From the NCBI GenBank assembly GCA_051362555.1, contig CM120640.1, positions 32,631,967 to 32,695,966 on the forward strand: a stretch of DNA of 64,000 nt. The letters are read 5' to 3'. Below the pieces are notes generated by a model. It saw only the letters and a program-made list of their open reading frames with translations. It had not been told where the DNA came from and ran no database searches. This stretch comes from Lingula anatina. Its lineage: Eukaryota > Animalia > Brachiopoda. A program made the translations under genes and the position numbers. Shown piece after piece: positions 53,321 to 64,000 of this stretch. Positions within the stretch are counted from its first letter, which is position 1. Each line of letters opens with the position of its first letter.

Positions 53321-56135
53321 CTAACTTTTTTTGATCTGAGCGACTATTTTCCGCATGCTTCTGTCAGCAGCAGCAATATTTTGTTGAATAACTTTCTTTT
53401 CCAAATCTAGGGCTGGACGCACTGACACACATTTAAATGTAGTTCCATCATTATTGAGGCTTCCTACACACCTAAGAAAGGAAACATAATTTGACTGTTG
53501 TGTCAAGTTTACCATTTAAAGGATTTCATTGTTTTCAACTGAAAAAGAAATTCCATGATTATCATAAATAATATGGATTGACACAGTCCTTTGACCTGAA
53601 GAGAGAACTGTTTGCCTTGTGAAATTACCTCTCATCAACAAATACAAAAAGTATCTACTTAATTCAAAGAATGAAATATACCTTAGCAATTGTCCCCTGA
53701 TCAACCTAGGGAGGGGGCGGTCCTAAATCGATATTTGTACATGTTAAAAGTCAGTCATGAAATGTGCACATATTGCCATATTGAGAAGACAGATGAAAGG
53801 ACATATAACTATTCACCTCAACAATGGATGTATAACATTATTTTGAATATTGAATTTTTTTTTATTATTTTCAACCTTTTAGGTAAATTTTCCAGGAATA
53901 ATAAAATATTCTTACCAGCTTACTCATCAATGTAACAGTAGCACTGTGAAAAGGGTATGAAATAAAACTTGCGGCAATTTGCCGCTGATGTTCACTTACT
54001 ATTTCATAAAATGTGCATAAAATTCTCTGCTTGCAGTCTTTCAATTCAAATGTTTTCCCAAGGTTGTCTGGGGTAGAAGATATGGCAGAGTCCAAGTGAG
54101 CTGAAAAGGGCAGGACTGTTTACATATAGCAAAAAAAAAAAAAAATAAAAATAAATAAATAAATAAAAAATAAAAAACACACACAAATAATAGAATGTAG
54201 AATGTTTTATCGATTAATATAATTACAGATTGTTCCATGTTTTATATAGTTTGCTATGCCTTTGAAATGGCATAATAAAAACTAAACCACAGAAATTACC
54301 AGCCTACCATATATTTCAAAGATAAGAGGAATGTCCTTCTTGTATTGTGACCAATGCTTCATGCCTTCTATGGTGGCAGTTAGGATCTTTAAACTTGTGT
54401 CAGGTTGAACAGGCTTGTACAATTTGGTATCAACTGCTTCATTTTCTACTGCAGCTAGGCTTCCATATGGTGTCTAGTTAAATATGAGAAAAAGAAATGC
54501 TAGTTACATTCATAGGCCATCTAGAAAAAATCTCAGAAAGCAATGGCAGTATGGGCCATGTATTCAACAAAAACCTGTTACTGGCAATCCTTCATAAGAT
54601 TATTTGTTTAACATTTTCTACACATTTAGCTCAAACCATTTCTCACATAAAGATCATCAATTTTTTCATAGAAATAAAACGTTAAAAATTAAAATTCTGT
54701 GTATCTTAAGGCCCCTAAAAACTGCAAATCAACTTTTTACTACAAGTAAATGCTTACATAACAGCTTCATTAGATTTAGGCACATACCTGTTGAGCAAAT
54801 TGTTGAAATTGTTGTCTTCTGTTTGCAGGTGGCATACATGGCAAACCATATGAGTGTGGCCTTTTCTGTGGACTGGGTTGAATTTGTGGCCTTCCATACT
54901 CAGATGGCATATGAGGCATACCATATGGCTGCTGTCCTTTTAGTGGACTTGGGTGAACAGGGTGCCCACCACCACCACCATCATGTTTTGTCACATGTTG
55001 CTTACTGACATATGAACTTGGAACAAGTCTGAATGAAACAAACTACACATTGTATAACCAAAAGGGAAAATGCATTTTCAATATAACTTTATTTGGAATT
55101 TAAAAAAAAGATGTATTTTCAAATAAGTGAAAAAATTAACTGTATTTGATGAACAAAAATGTTATCATGAAAACTGAATTAATATGTTTTCTTTGAAATG
55201 TTTTGTGGTTTGTTTTGTACCTTCTATCCTGTGTTGGTGGATTTTTCTTTAAGTAGTTCATTGTTGAACTTGTTTTTGAGAAACAAAAATGTTATTAATG
55301 AAAATTGAATTAATATGTATTCTGTGAAATGTTTTGTGGTTTGTTTTGTACCTTTTATCCTGTGTTGGTGGATTTTTCTTTAAGTCATTCATTGTTGAAC
55401 TTGTTTTTCTGGGATAAGGCATCAATCCTGATTTGGTCTCTGGGGCATAGCTTTTCTTTCTTTGATCCTGTTGTATAAAACTCCTTCTGGATGTATGGCC
55501 AACTGTTCATGCCAACAGATTTATGTTATCATATAGATTAGTTTTTGTTACTTTAAATATATATAAATATATATATCCCAGTACTACTGTTAGTTCAAAA
55601 TGTTTTATTAATGAAAACATATAAGCCTTGCAACTATAAAAATTGGTGCATTACATTTTTTATCTACACGATTATTTATCTCCCTGTAACTTATGGTGAA
55701 CTAAAATATCCAGTTTAGGTTCTGAGAACAACTTGAAATTATCAACTTACCTTGATTTTTTTCCAATTCCCCAAAATAGTCAGTATTTGGCCATTTATAT
55801 TGTTTTTGAGGTGCCATTTGGCTCTTATTGTTCTGCATATATGCCTGGCCTCTTGATGCCCATGGCCTCATTTCTTTTTCACCTTTTATGAAATATAAAA
55901 TATCAATGCTGTGATTTAGATTGCATTTTTAACCATTTACGTTATGTATTTATGTTATATATAACCCATCTAGTTATATTATGTGTGTATTTTACTGAAG
56001 TGACACTGCACAAGTTCATTGTTACAATGAAAAAACATTTGTTATCTCACCAGCTCCAATACCCAAATTATGTTCCATTGACTGCAAAGCCTGTCTTGGC
56101 CTCTTTCGTTTGTTAAAAATAGGTGCGAAAGTCAT
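53321..56135 (-). CDS. SPATA22: Spermatogenesis-associated protein 22 (meiotic OB-fold partner of MEIOB), eight exons
   Basis: C-terminal exons SLKILTATIEGMKHW..LIFEIYA | HLDSAI..KTFELKD..CTFYEI | DRPLPRLIRGQLLR | CVG..FKCVSVRPA match the remembered SPATA22 OB-fold. The N-terminus is disordered and Q/P-rich, so it is less certain. Confidence 0.88.
55152..55409. repeat. 130-bp tandem duplication spanning a SPATA22 exon end and its donor
   Basis: AACAAAAATGTTAT...TTTTGTACCTT.TATCCTGTGTTGGTGGATTTTTCTTTAAGT..TTCATTGTTGAACTTGTTTTT occurs twice. Confidence 0.88.
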
Positions 56136-58655
56136 TTTCCTGCCGAATTAAGGAAGTGTAGATCTACATAAATTTCCGTGCAGTTTCTCTCTTATCGTCT
56201 GCAAGTACAACACGAACATTCTTCCCTCCAAACATTAAAGAGTGAAAATTCCCTTGAAAGACGTTCTATTGACGTATTCTTACTGAAATCAACCAAACCA
56301 CCTCATCTCCCTTTTGCTATCTTTTAAGTTAAAATAATCTCTTTGTTAGTTTTCCTTTTTCATGTCTGGTAGTTTTTCCTGGATTTTTATTGAAGGGTTA
56401 AGAAGCAATGGAGGAGGAGGTGGGGGGGGGGGGGGGGCACTATGGGCCATACTAAACTGCAATAACGTTATATACCATTCCGACAAAATTTGTACCTGGT
56501 TTTCTCTTCAACAGCCAGAGGATAGCAGCAACATATAATATGAATATCAGGGTAATTTTCTTGACTGATTGGCACAGATTAAAGGAAATGAGACGTCCAT
56601 GATTGGATAGACATAAATAGAAACTAGACAGCAAAGCTTGCAAATATAAAGACACTAAGCCAGCAATTTCAAAGGAGTGTTCTTTTCTTAAAAAAAAAAA
56701 AAAGGTCTTTTAATCTTTTTCCTCCTTCGATCTTTGACCCAAATTGAAAAATTGGCAGAGAATCTAGACCAAAACTTGGTTGATGAGAGTTTATCTTTTG
56801 CCAGCCATAAGCTAGGTTGGTTCTTTCAAATCCCTCCCCCATCACCTCTCCTGCCTACGGGTCTGAAAGGGAACAAATTTAACGAGAAAAGGGGAGAGAA
56901 AGAACAGCCTTATGTCGTCAGCAATGGACATTTTTTTTAATATATATTAGATGGCTGGACCTAAAGCAGTGAGTATACATAACCTCTGTTATTATCATGC
57001 CTGCAAGTTTCCAGAAGTTTGGAAATGGACAGGTGTTCTGATAATAAAGGTCACTTTTCAGTAATCTCTGAAACTCATGGTGGAATGACATAGGTCAAAA
57101 TTCAGTTCTTATCTTAAAACTGAGTCAAATGTTCCTTTTATGCCTGCTCTTCCATACATACTTAGTAAGTCGATGGACCAGAACAGATCCAAGGGGAACA
57201 AACTGACTAAGAAATTTTTAATGTCTTAGTGCAATTTGGACTTTTGAAACTATTAGTGGTCCTTTCTCCATTTTCAAGGTGGCAAAATTGACCTTTTCTT
57301 TAAAAGGGATCTCCCACCCCATCCCAAGATCAACCTCCTGTAGGAAAAGCAATAATATAAAAACACAAATATTTATTTATAACAATTTTATATCTATTCA
57401 TATTCTTATAATCATTCAGTTTTAATTAAATATCAACATTAGCACATGGTTCAAGCAATAATCTCATTCATTCTTCTTGTCATCTTATGACGTGCATTAC
57501 ACATCAAGTAATCACAGTTACTTTTTTAAATGTACCTTTCACAAATGACAAAACACTGTCTTAACAATAACAATCATTATGTTATAGAAGCTGTTTAACA
57601 AATAGCTACTTTTTGTCCTGAAAATTGAATGTTCAACTACGATTTTTTTTAAATTCAAACTGGCTTATAACTCATAACAGTAATAAAAAAAAAATGCAGG
57701 GAAAAAACATTAACTGTAATGCCAATTTCTAAATTTTATGAAGTCCTGTATTGATTATAATCATGACATACTCATACGATGTATGGCAAAATCATACGTA
57801 AAAGAAAAATAAATGTTTGTTTAGTTGCCTATACACTTTAAGAGAGTGGAAGAGACAACAAAATTAACAGATATGCGTAATATTAATTCAAGTTGTTTTG
57901 GATGGTGTTTGATGTTGGTTACTTGTCTTCCAAGTAATGAAAACGGACAACAAGACTGAACAATCAGTACAATCACAAGTTATCAAACTTAATACAAAAA
58001 TATTTCCACTTGAACTACAATTGCAAATCAAAACAATTACTTTTAGATCTTCAGTCTATGTCTGCTAATTAACAAACTAGAGATCTATCAATAATAAAAT
58101 AACCTAAAAAGTGAGTTAATCTTTAGACCTGAACTAGACACTTGTGCATTATGGCTGGAATTTCATATACATATACCGTGATAAATATACAAAACATTTT
58201 AAATCGGATATCATGTGAAATTGATTGCTAGTTTTAAAATGTCCAGAGGAGGAATTTTTAGTTCAAGGCCAAAGAAAGATGCTCTTTAAAGTTCTCAGGT
58301 CTTTCTTCTCTGAACTTCTGGTGGGTTTTATTCATGTTGCATCATTGGTGTTACTTCTTTGCATATGGATCCAATGTATAACTCAAAGGCAAGTCTGAAA
58401 TCCATCAATGGGCAATATTAAAAAATTTGATCAAAACAATAGGGACAGGATTACTGGTGCAAAATACATTAAATATCAATTGAACTTACATTTCCAATTA
58501 TCATCTCATTATGAGTTCAAATTCATGCAACATGTATATTTGAAATATCCCATATTCCTTGCTAATCAACCATCTACCTATAGATAATTAACAATGAGAC
58601 CTTACTTGTACCTTGAATTCTTCACACAAAATACTTACCATTTATTATGTGTGGT

Positions 58656-61600
58656 TCAGTTAATATTCCCTGATTTCTGTTTTTCTGGAGTGGATTCTTT
58701 ATTCTGATCAGTAACGTCTCTAACAATCATTTGAGCAATCTGCCATGCCATGTCTTCCTGAGCCTAGTGAAAAGAACAAAATCATAGGAATCATCATCAG
58801 CATAATGAAATTTATATTACATATTCAATTTCTATCTAAAATAACATCCATTGCTTTAAAACTTTTTTTAAAGCTTTTTTTTTATGCATCTTTCATGAAG
58901 ATACATGTATTAGTTACAACATGAGTGATCCACTGTATGCGACATACAAAAGAATACTTATATTGAGGCACAGCTGAGATATAATTTGCTCTCGTATGCT
59001 ACGTACAGTGGACATCAAGTAGTTTTAACTGACTTATATCAGGGTTTGTGCTTCGAACAATAGGATGAATGCACCAAAGCATATGAAAATACAGGCACGC
59101 CTGTATGCAAAATACAAGTGCAATTATCCTATGGTTTGAAGCACCAGTCGTGGTAAAAATTGTTTAATACATTGTTCCATCACTTCCTACCTTGTCTTTT
59201 TCTTTCCTCTTCTTTCTCCATCTTGACTCTAAAAAGGAAACAGTTTCTTTTAAGTTTGAAATGCAAAACATGGGGTAGCGAGTTCTAAAACTTTGTCATC
59301 ATTATCATCATATGTTTAATAAATCTTCAAACTTGTATTGCTCTTTTGGCATTGTATATTACTAAATCTGATCTTACCTTTCTTTTTGTCATGGTCAGGT
59401 TCTGGTTCAAATTCTGAGACAAACTGCCCAAATTCATCCACTTTCCCAAGAGACATAGTACTGTTGAACGAAATAAAATATAGTCAAAAATTTGAATGTA
59501 AATAGGATGAATTCGCCAACTATCATAATTAAACAATTAAGCAATCTTATCTTGTAATCTTAAGTACAACGATCCACTGATAAATATCTCCTTGGAATAT
59601 TTTGGCCTATCATTCCATCTTACATCTAATTTGACCAGAAAGTCACATATATCTCAACTAACTTGGCATTTGTCCTTGTCCATAAGGGTACATCAGGGTT
59701 CAGTGTATTAAAATCTATCTGTATATCATCAGTGAATTTGTTAAATGCTTTCTGTTGCTGGGACCCTGTGGCAAGAAGTGTATTCTTTGTGTTCACATCC
59801 CCTCCTGTGCTATGGCTACCAATGCTGTGAGTGTCTGAACTAGCATCACTTCCTAAATGAGAAAGTGAGAAAATGCATATAAGAAATCACTAGTGTTCTC
59901 TATTCATATTAAATATGTCAAAAATACTGTAAAGAGATCTCTTTATTCTTTTCATTTTTTGAAAATTAACTTTTGTTTTTGGAAATTAACTTTGGGCATT
60001 ACAAAGATATATAAATTTATACATCAATTACTGAAACTTTTGGAACACACAACTTGCTTAAGTGTTTGTAGACATGCAATTGTTGTAGCTAAAACAGCCA
60101 AATAGGAATTGAGACAAAATTTTAGAACTAAAGTACAGAAAAACTTAATTACCAGTGCGTTTCTTACGAGTTTGTGGGACTTGATCATGGTTGGCTTGAA
60201 TTGTACTGATTAACTCAGATAAGTATTTGTAGTACAATTCACTCTTGTGAAATTGTGGGAAATAGTTCTGGAAAGAAAATTAACCTTCATTTTTGAAAAC
60301 ATATAAGTGATTTTAAACTTTTCAGGGATCAATCTTTTTAAATACACCATTTTTTTTTCAAAAGACCATTCTAAAATTGTGTATCATATTAATAAAAGAG
60401 TTCATCATATAATGAGAATTTCAGGCTTAAACTTTGTATTTGTTTTGTGGGTAACTTCAGAAACTGATAGTGTTAAACTTATATTACAAATAATTTATAT
60501 TATCTGCTTTCTTTTAGGCTTACCTTTTCTAGTGATAGAAAGACTATGCCTTTTGGCCAAGCAAAACAATCAGGCAAAGGACCACCTTCCCTGCATATAT
60601 TGGATTCAACTTCAAACCGCACTTTATCATCAAACCCAACTTGACATGTAGCTTGCAAGGAAAAGTATCTGAAGAGAAAAAAATATGATAAAATAAATCG
60701 ACTAGACTTTGAAGACTTACAAATTGTTTAGCTGTAAAACATCTCATTATGTTTAAATACAGTGAGGAAAATCCTGTTTTATGTAGTAATTGAAGTTCAA
60801 TTTTTGGACTAATTAGCAAATAAAAAAGGGTATTTACTCACAAGTTAAAACATAACTGGCATTACCATTATAATTCTTTTGAAATAAAAAAAGGAAGAAA
60901 AAATTACTTGTCATATAGCACCATGGCATCTGCTTGTGCTTCCTGCCCATCATACCGCCCATGCTGGGATGCTAGGTGTTGCTGAAAGTTATCCAGAGCC
61001 AGATACAACTGCAGCAAATCCATGGCACCTTCTTGTTCCATATACTGGAATTAACAATTTGTTGAATGAAGTTGCAATGGTGCTACATTCTCAAAATTAC
61101 ACATTGTACTGATTAACTCAGATATAAGTATAAATATTCAAATATCTTGAAAGACGAATAACAGTCACACACTGATACTTGCACCTAACTATTGTAATTA
61201 CTTGATCTTTTCAATGGGCAAAAATTATCAAGCTTTCTAATACATAATATAATCACAAAAAAAAATACATTTCTATATGGCATTTGTGGTGCTTTTACTG
61301 CATAGAAGTGAACTTAAGAGCAGCCTGCTTTTTAATTTATTGTTAACACTCAATGAAATGATCTAATGCTAAGAAATTATGACTTAAAAAAATACAGTAT
61401 CTGTAAAATTCACTATTTTTCCCATTGAAATCATGCTATCTCATAGGTTATCAGAATAACATTTGAATTGTATGAACATTTGCTTCTGTAACTTTAATGT
61501 CTCCAATCACAATAAATATGCCTACTACTATCATTTTTCATGCAATAATCACTCTCTCACCTCCATAAAGTAAAACATAGCAGTGTCATTGTACAAAATA

Positions 61601-63650
61601 TCTGCCAAGTACACATCTCCACTTGTTAAAACATCTATCTGGTGTTTACAGTGAAATTCACTTCTGAGGAATTCTGGAAAATACCTGAAAATAAATTTAT
61701 AAATAAGATAACCATAAGCTTTTACCTGCAATTTCACTAACAATAAGTGTTTTCTAATGGAAACTTAATTTAAAAAATCAGACAGGATTTTACACTAGTT
61801 GAAGGAGGGACCAGAAAAACTGGCAAACAAGCAACTGCTGGCAGCAACTAATAAAATTAAAAGCTTACAAAAAATTTATTTTCAAATATTTCTTTAGTTG
61901 TGTTGAAATATAGTCTATTATTGTGCTTATTTCTCAGGAGATGTTCAAATATCTACTAGTATGTGCTTACTCTGTTTCCATGATCCCTAGTATTACTTCT
62001 TGGCACTGAATAAAGCAAAGAGGGTCCACATGTCCATCTTCTCTACAAATTTTGCCTGAAGTTAGATAGTGTCTTTATTTATATCATCTATCATATCCAT
62101 TTCAAAATTGTAGTCAAATAATATGTTATAATATTAATAAATTAACACATGTATAAAATCTCATGATGTAATATCTTAAATCTGATGTGTGAGGTTAACA
62201 GATGTGAAAATACTGCAAAATTTCTCAATAATATCTGACTGCAAGGGTATTTATATCAGTTGCCTGATAAATGTACATTCTTTATAATAAGATTGAATCA
62301 TGGACTCAATGACATAAATGAACAACTTACTAATGGCCTCATTTCTAAGCTCCTCAGTTATTGGTACAGGATGTGGAGCATCATGAGACAAGTATTTGGA
62401 ATATATGCAGACTGCATCTTTTTCTATACCTTCAAATAATAACAAAAAAAAAACTTTACAATAAGAATGTGTCATTTTCTTTTTTCATTTTCTATTGGTA
62501 CAGGATGTGGAGCATCATGAGACAAGTATTTGGAATACATGCAGAATGCAACTTTTTCTATACCTTAAAGCTTAAAAAAACTTTACAATAGGAATGACTC
62601 ATTTTCTTTTTTTCTTTCTTTTTCAATGAAAACAATGGATATCAAATTATCAATTACACAGATTCGGTTAAGGAATATAGACACTCACTTTTCCTGAGTT
62701 TGTCTCCCAGATTATCCTTTGAAGTTATCCTTCCTGGACTAGGTTTCTGCTGAATATGTTCCCCCTGAGCACCATGACCAAGTCTATCTTTTGCATCTTT
62801 GCAGTCTTTGTTTTCATCACTGTTAGAATTATGTCCTGTCACAGTATCACTTACTGTTTGCACATCATTTCCGGATTTGGCATTATCCGTATCCGACTTT
62901 TGCCTTTCACTGTTAGCACAATCAGTGTCCTGTGGTTTGTGCTGTGGTTTCTTATTGCTGTCATCCTCTGATTGCACATGTTCACCAGAACCAGCTGGTG
63001 GTTGTTTGGACCGTTCTAGTGTGGAATTCTTTCTCAGTGTCTGCAAAGAGTGAGTTCTAATTCGGCTATATGAAGATGCCTGGAAACTCTCAGCATCTAA
63101 CCAAAATTTGATGAGATGAACTGCATGTTTTGAATCCATGAACTGAATGAAGTAAGCCAAGGCATCCTTGTCATGTAGCACCTCATGAATGGTTTTAGAC
63201 AGACGGGAAGAAGTGACTATAGGATCTGTATTCTGAGAGCTAAACCCTGCAATAAAGCAAACACACCATGCTTAGTATAAATGTTTTAGCATTCATATAA
63301 CATAATTTTCATAAGAATATATCAAATATCTCTAAAAGCTTTAAGGGTTAAAACTACCCTATATTTACAGATTCAATTATTTCAAATTGAAAATGACAAC
63401 AGGAATAATAATTTAAAATACAGTCAAAAGCACTTCAAGTAAATTTTTGCAGGATTAAATTTAGCAGAAAAAAATACGACTAAAAAATCAAATATATGAA
63501 AAAATGCACATAAAGACTTATCGAAACTCTTTAACCTCTACATAAACTGACCTAGATCTCCCCCTGTGTTATCTATGTGGCTGGCAGACCTAAGTAACAT
63601 AGGCTTCGGCACAGAACCACTAGGTTCTTTAAGAGGGTTATCAGGAATTC
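58656..63650 (-). CDS. AKAP10: A-kinase anchor protein 10 (D-AKAP2; two RGS domains and a PKA-binding helix), 5' part outside the window
   Basis: LHDKDALAYFIQFM..IKFWLDAESF, IEKDAVCIYSKYLS, FLRSEFHCKHQIDVLTSG..LADILYN..MFYFME, YFPCKL-region exon and AQEDMAWQIAQMIVRDV; TGA at 58656. Confidence 0.93.
62361..62620. repeat. 134-bp tandem duplication spanning an AKAP10 acceptor and most of the exon
   Basis: TTGGTACAGGATGTGGAGCATCATGAGACAAGTATTTGGAATA...TTCTATACCTT occurs twice. Confidence 0.9.
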
Positions 63651-64000
63651 CTTCAAATAAAATTATGTTAGTAGTATAACGTAAGTGTGAGAATCATTTA
63701 AAGAACTAATTTCGTACTTATTTATTAGTAAATTTTATATAAAAGCTGCTGTAGAGTACAACTAAGTCTGTCTTTGAACTTCAGCCGTACAGAAAAAAAA
63801 AGCTATCAAATCACAACAAACAAATGAAAAATAACCATTTACTAACTTTATGCATCTTGCATATTTACTAATTTGAAGTTATGGTTTCCATGCAATTGAC
63901 AATATTATCCTTTTGGTAAAATCATGACATGAGTAACCCATGCATTGAAAAAACAATTTTAACAACCTAACAAAATTGCAAATCAATTTACTTATTAGTT

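Noticed and set aside
58320-58640. Extra AKAP10 coding exon after the PKA-binding helix
   Set aside because: An in-frame TGA at 58656 precedes the GTAAGT donor (~58638), so any such intron would lie in the 3' UTR.

Overview
AT-rich, intron-containing animal genomic DNA. It is probably an invertebrate (lophotrochozoan/mollusc-like), but the species cannot be fixed from sequence alone. Most short ORFs in the supplied track are noise or single exons; gene models were rebuilt by hand from GT/AG boundaries. Gene order: ~6 kb intergenic; three intronless ZIP (SLC39 subfamily II) metal transporters (one on -, a recent tandem pair on +); a five-exon LigB/Memo-fold gene (-) disabled by a 4-bp frameshift and a solo LTR; MRPS27 (+); NOL6 (-); an SLC3A/rBAT-type heavy chain (+); a pseudogene plus an intact copy of a small non-RD protein kinase (+); SUPT4H1 (+); SPATA22 (-); and AKAP10 (-, 5' end outside the window). 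Many non-autonomous DNA transposons have readable TIRs and TSDs. I see no CRISPR, tRNA, rRNA or autonomous transposase. The most notable observations are (1) K, V and E at the same TM5 metal-site position in the three ZIP paralogues, (2) the recently killed, probably secreted LigB-like gene, (3) repeated short templated insertions and template-switch scars, and (4) an ATF4-type motif cluster upstream of the SLC3A gene. None of these is proof of a new biological system.
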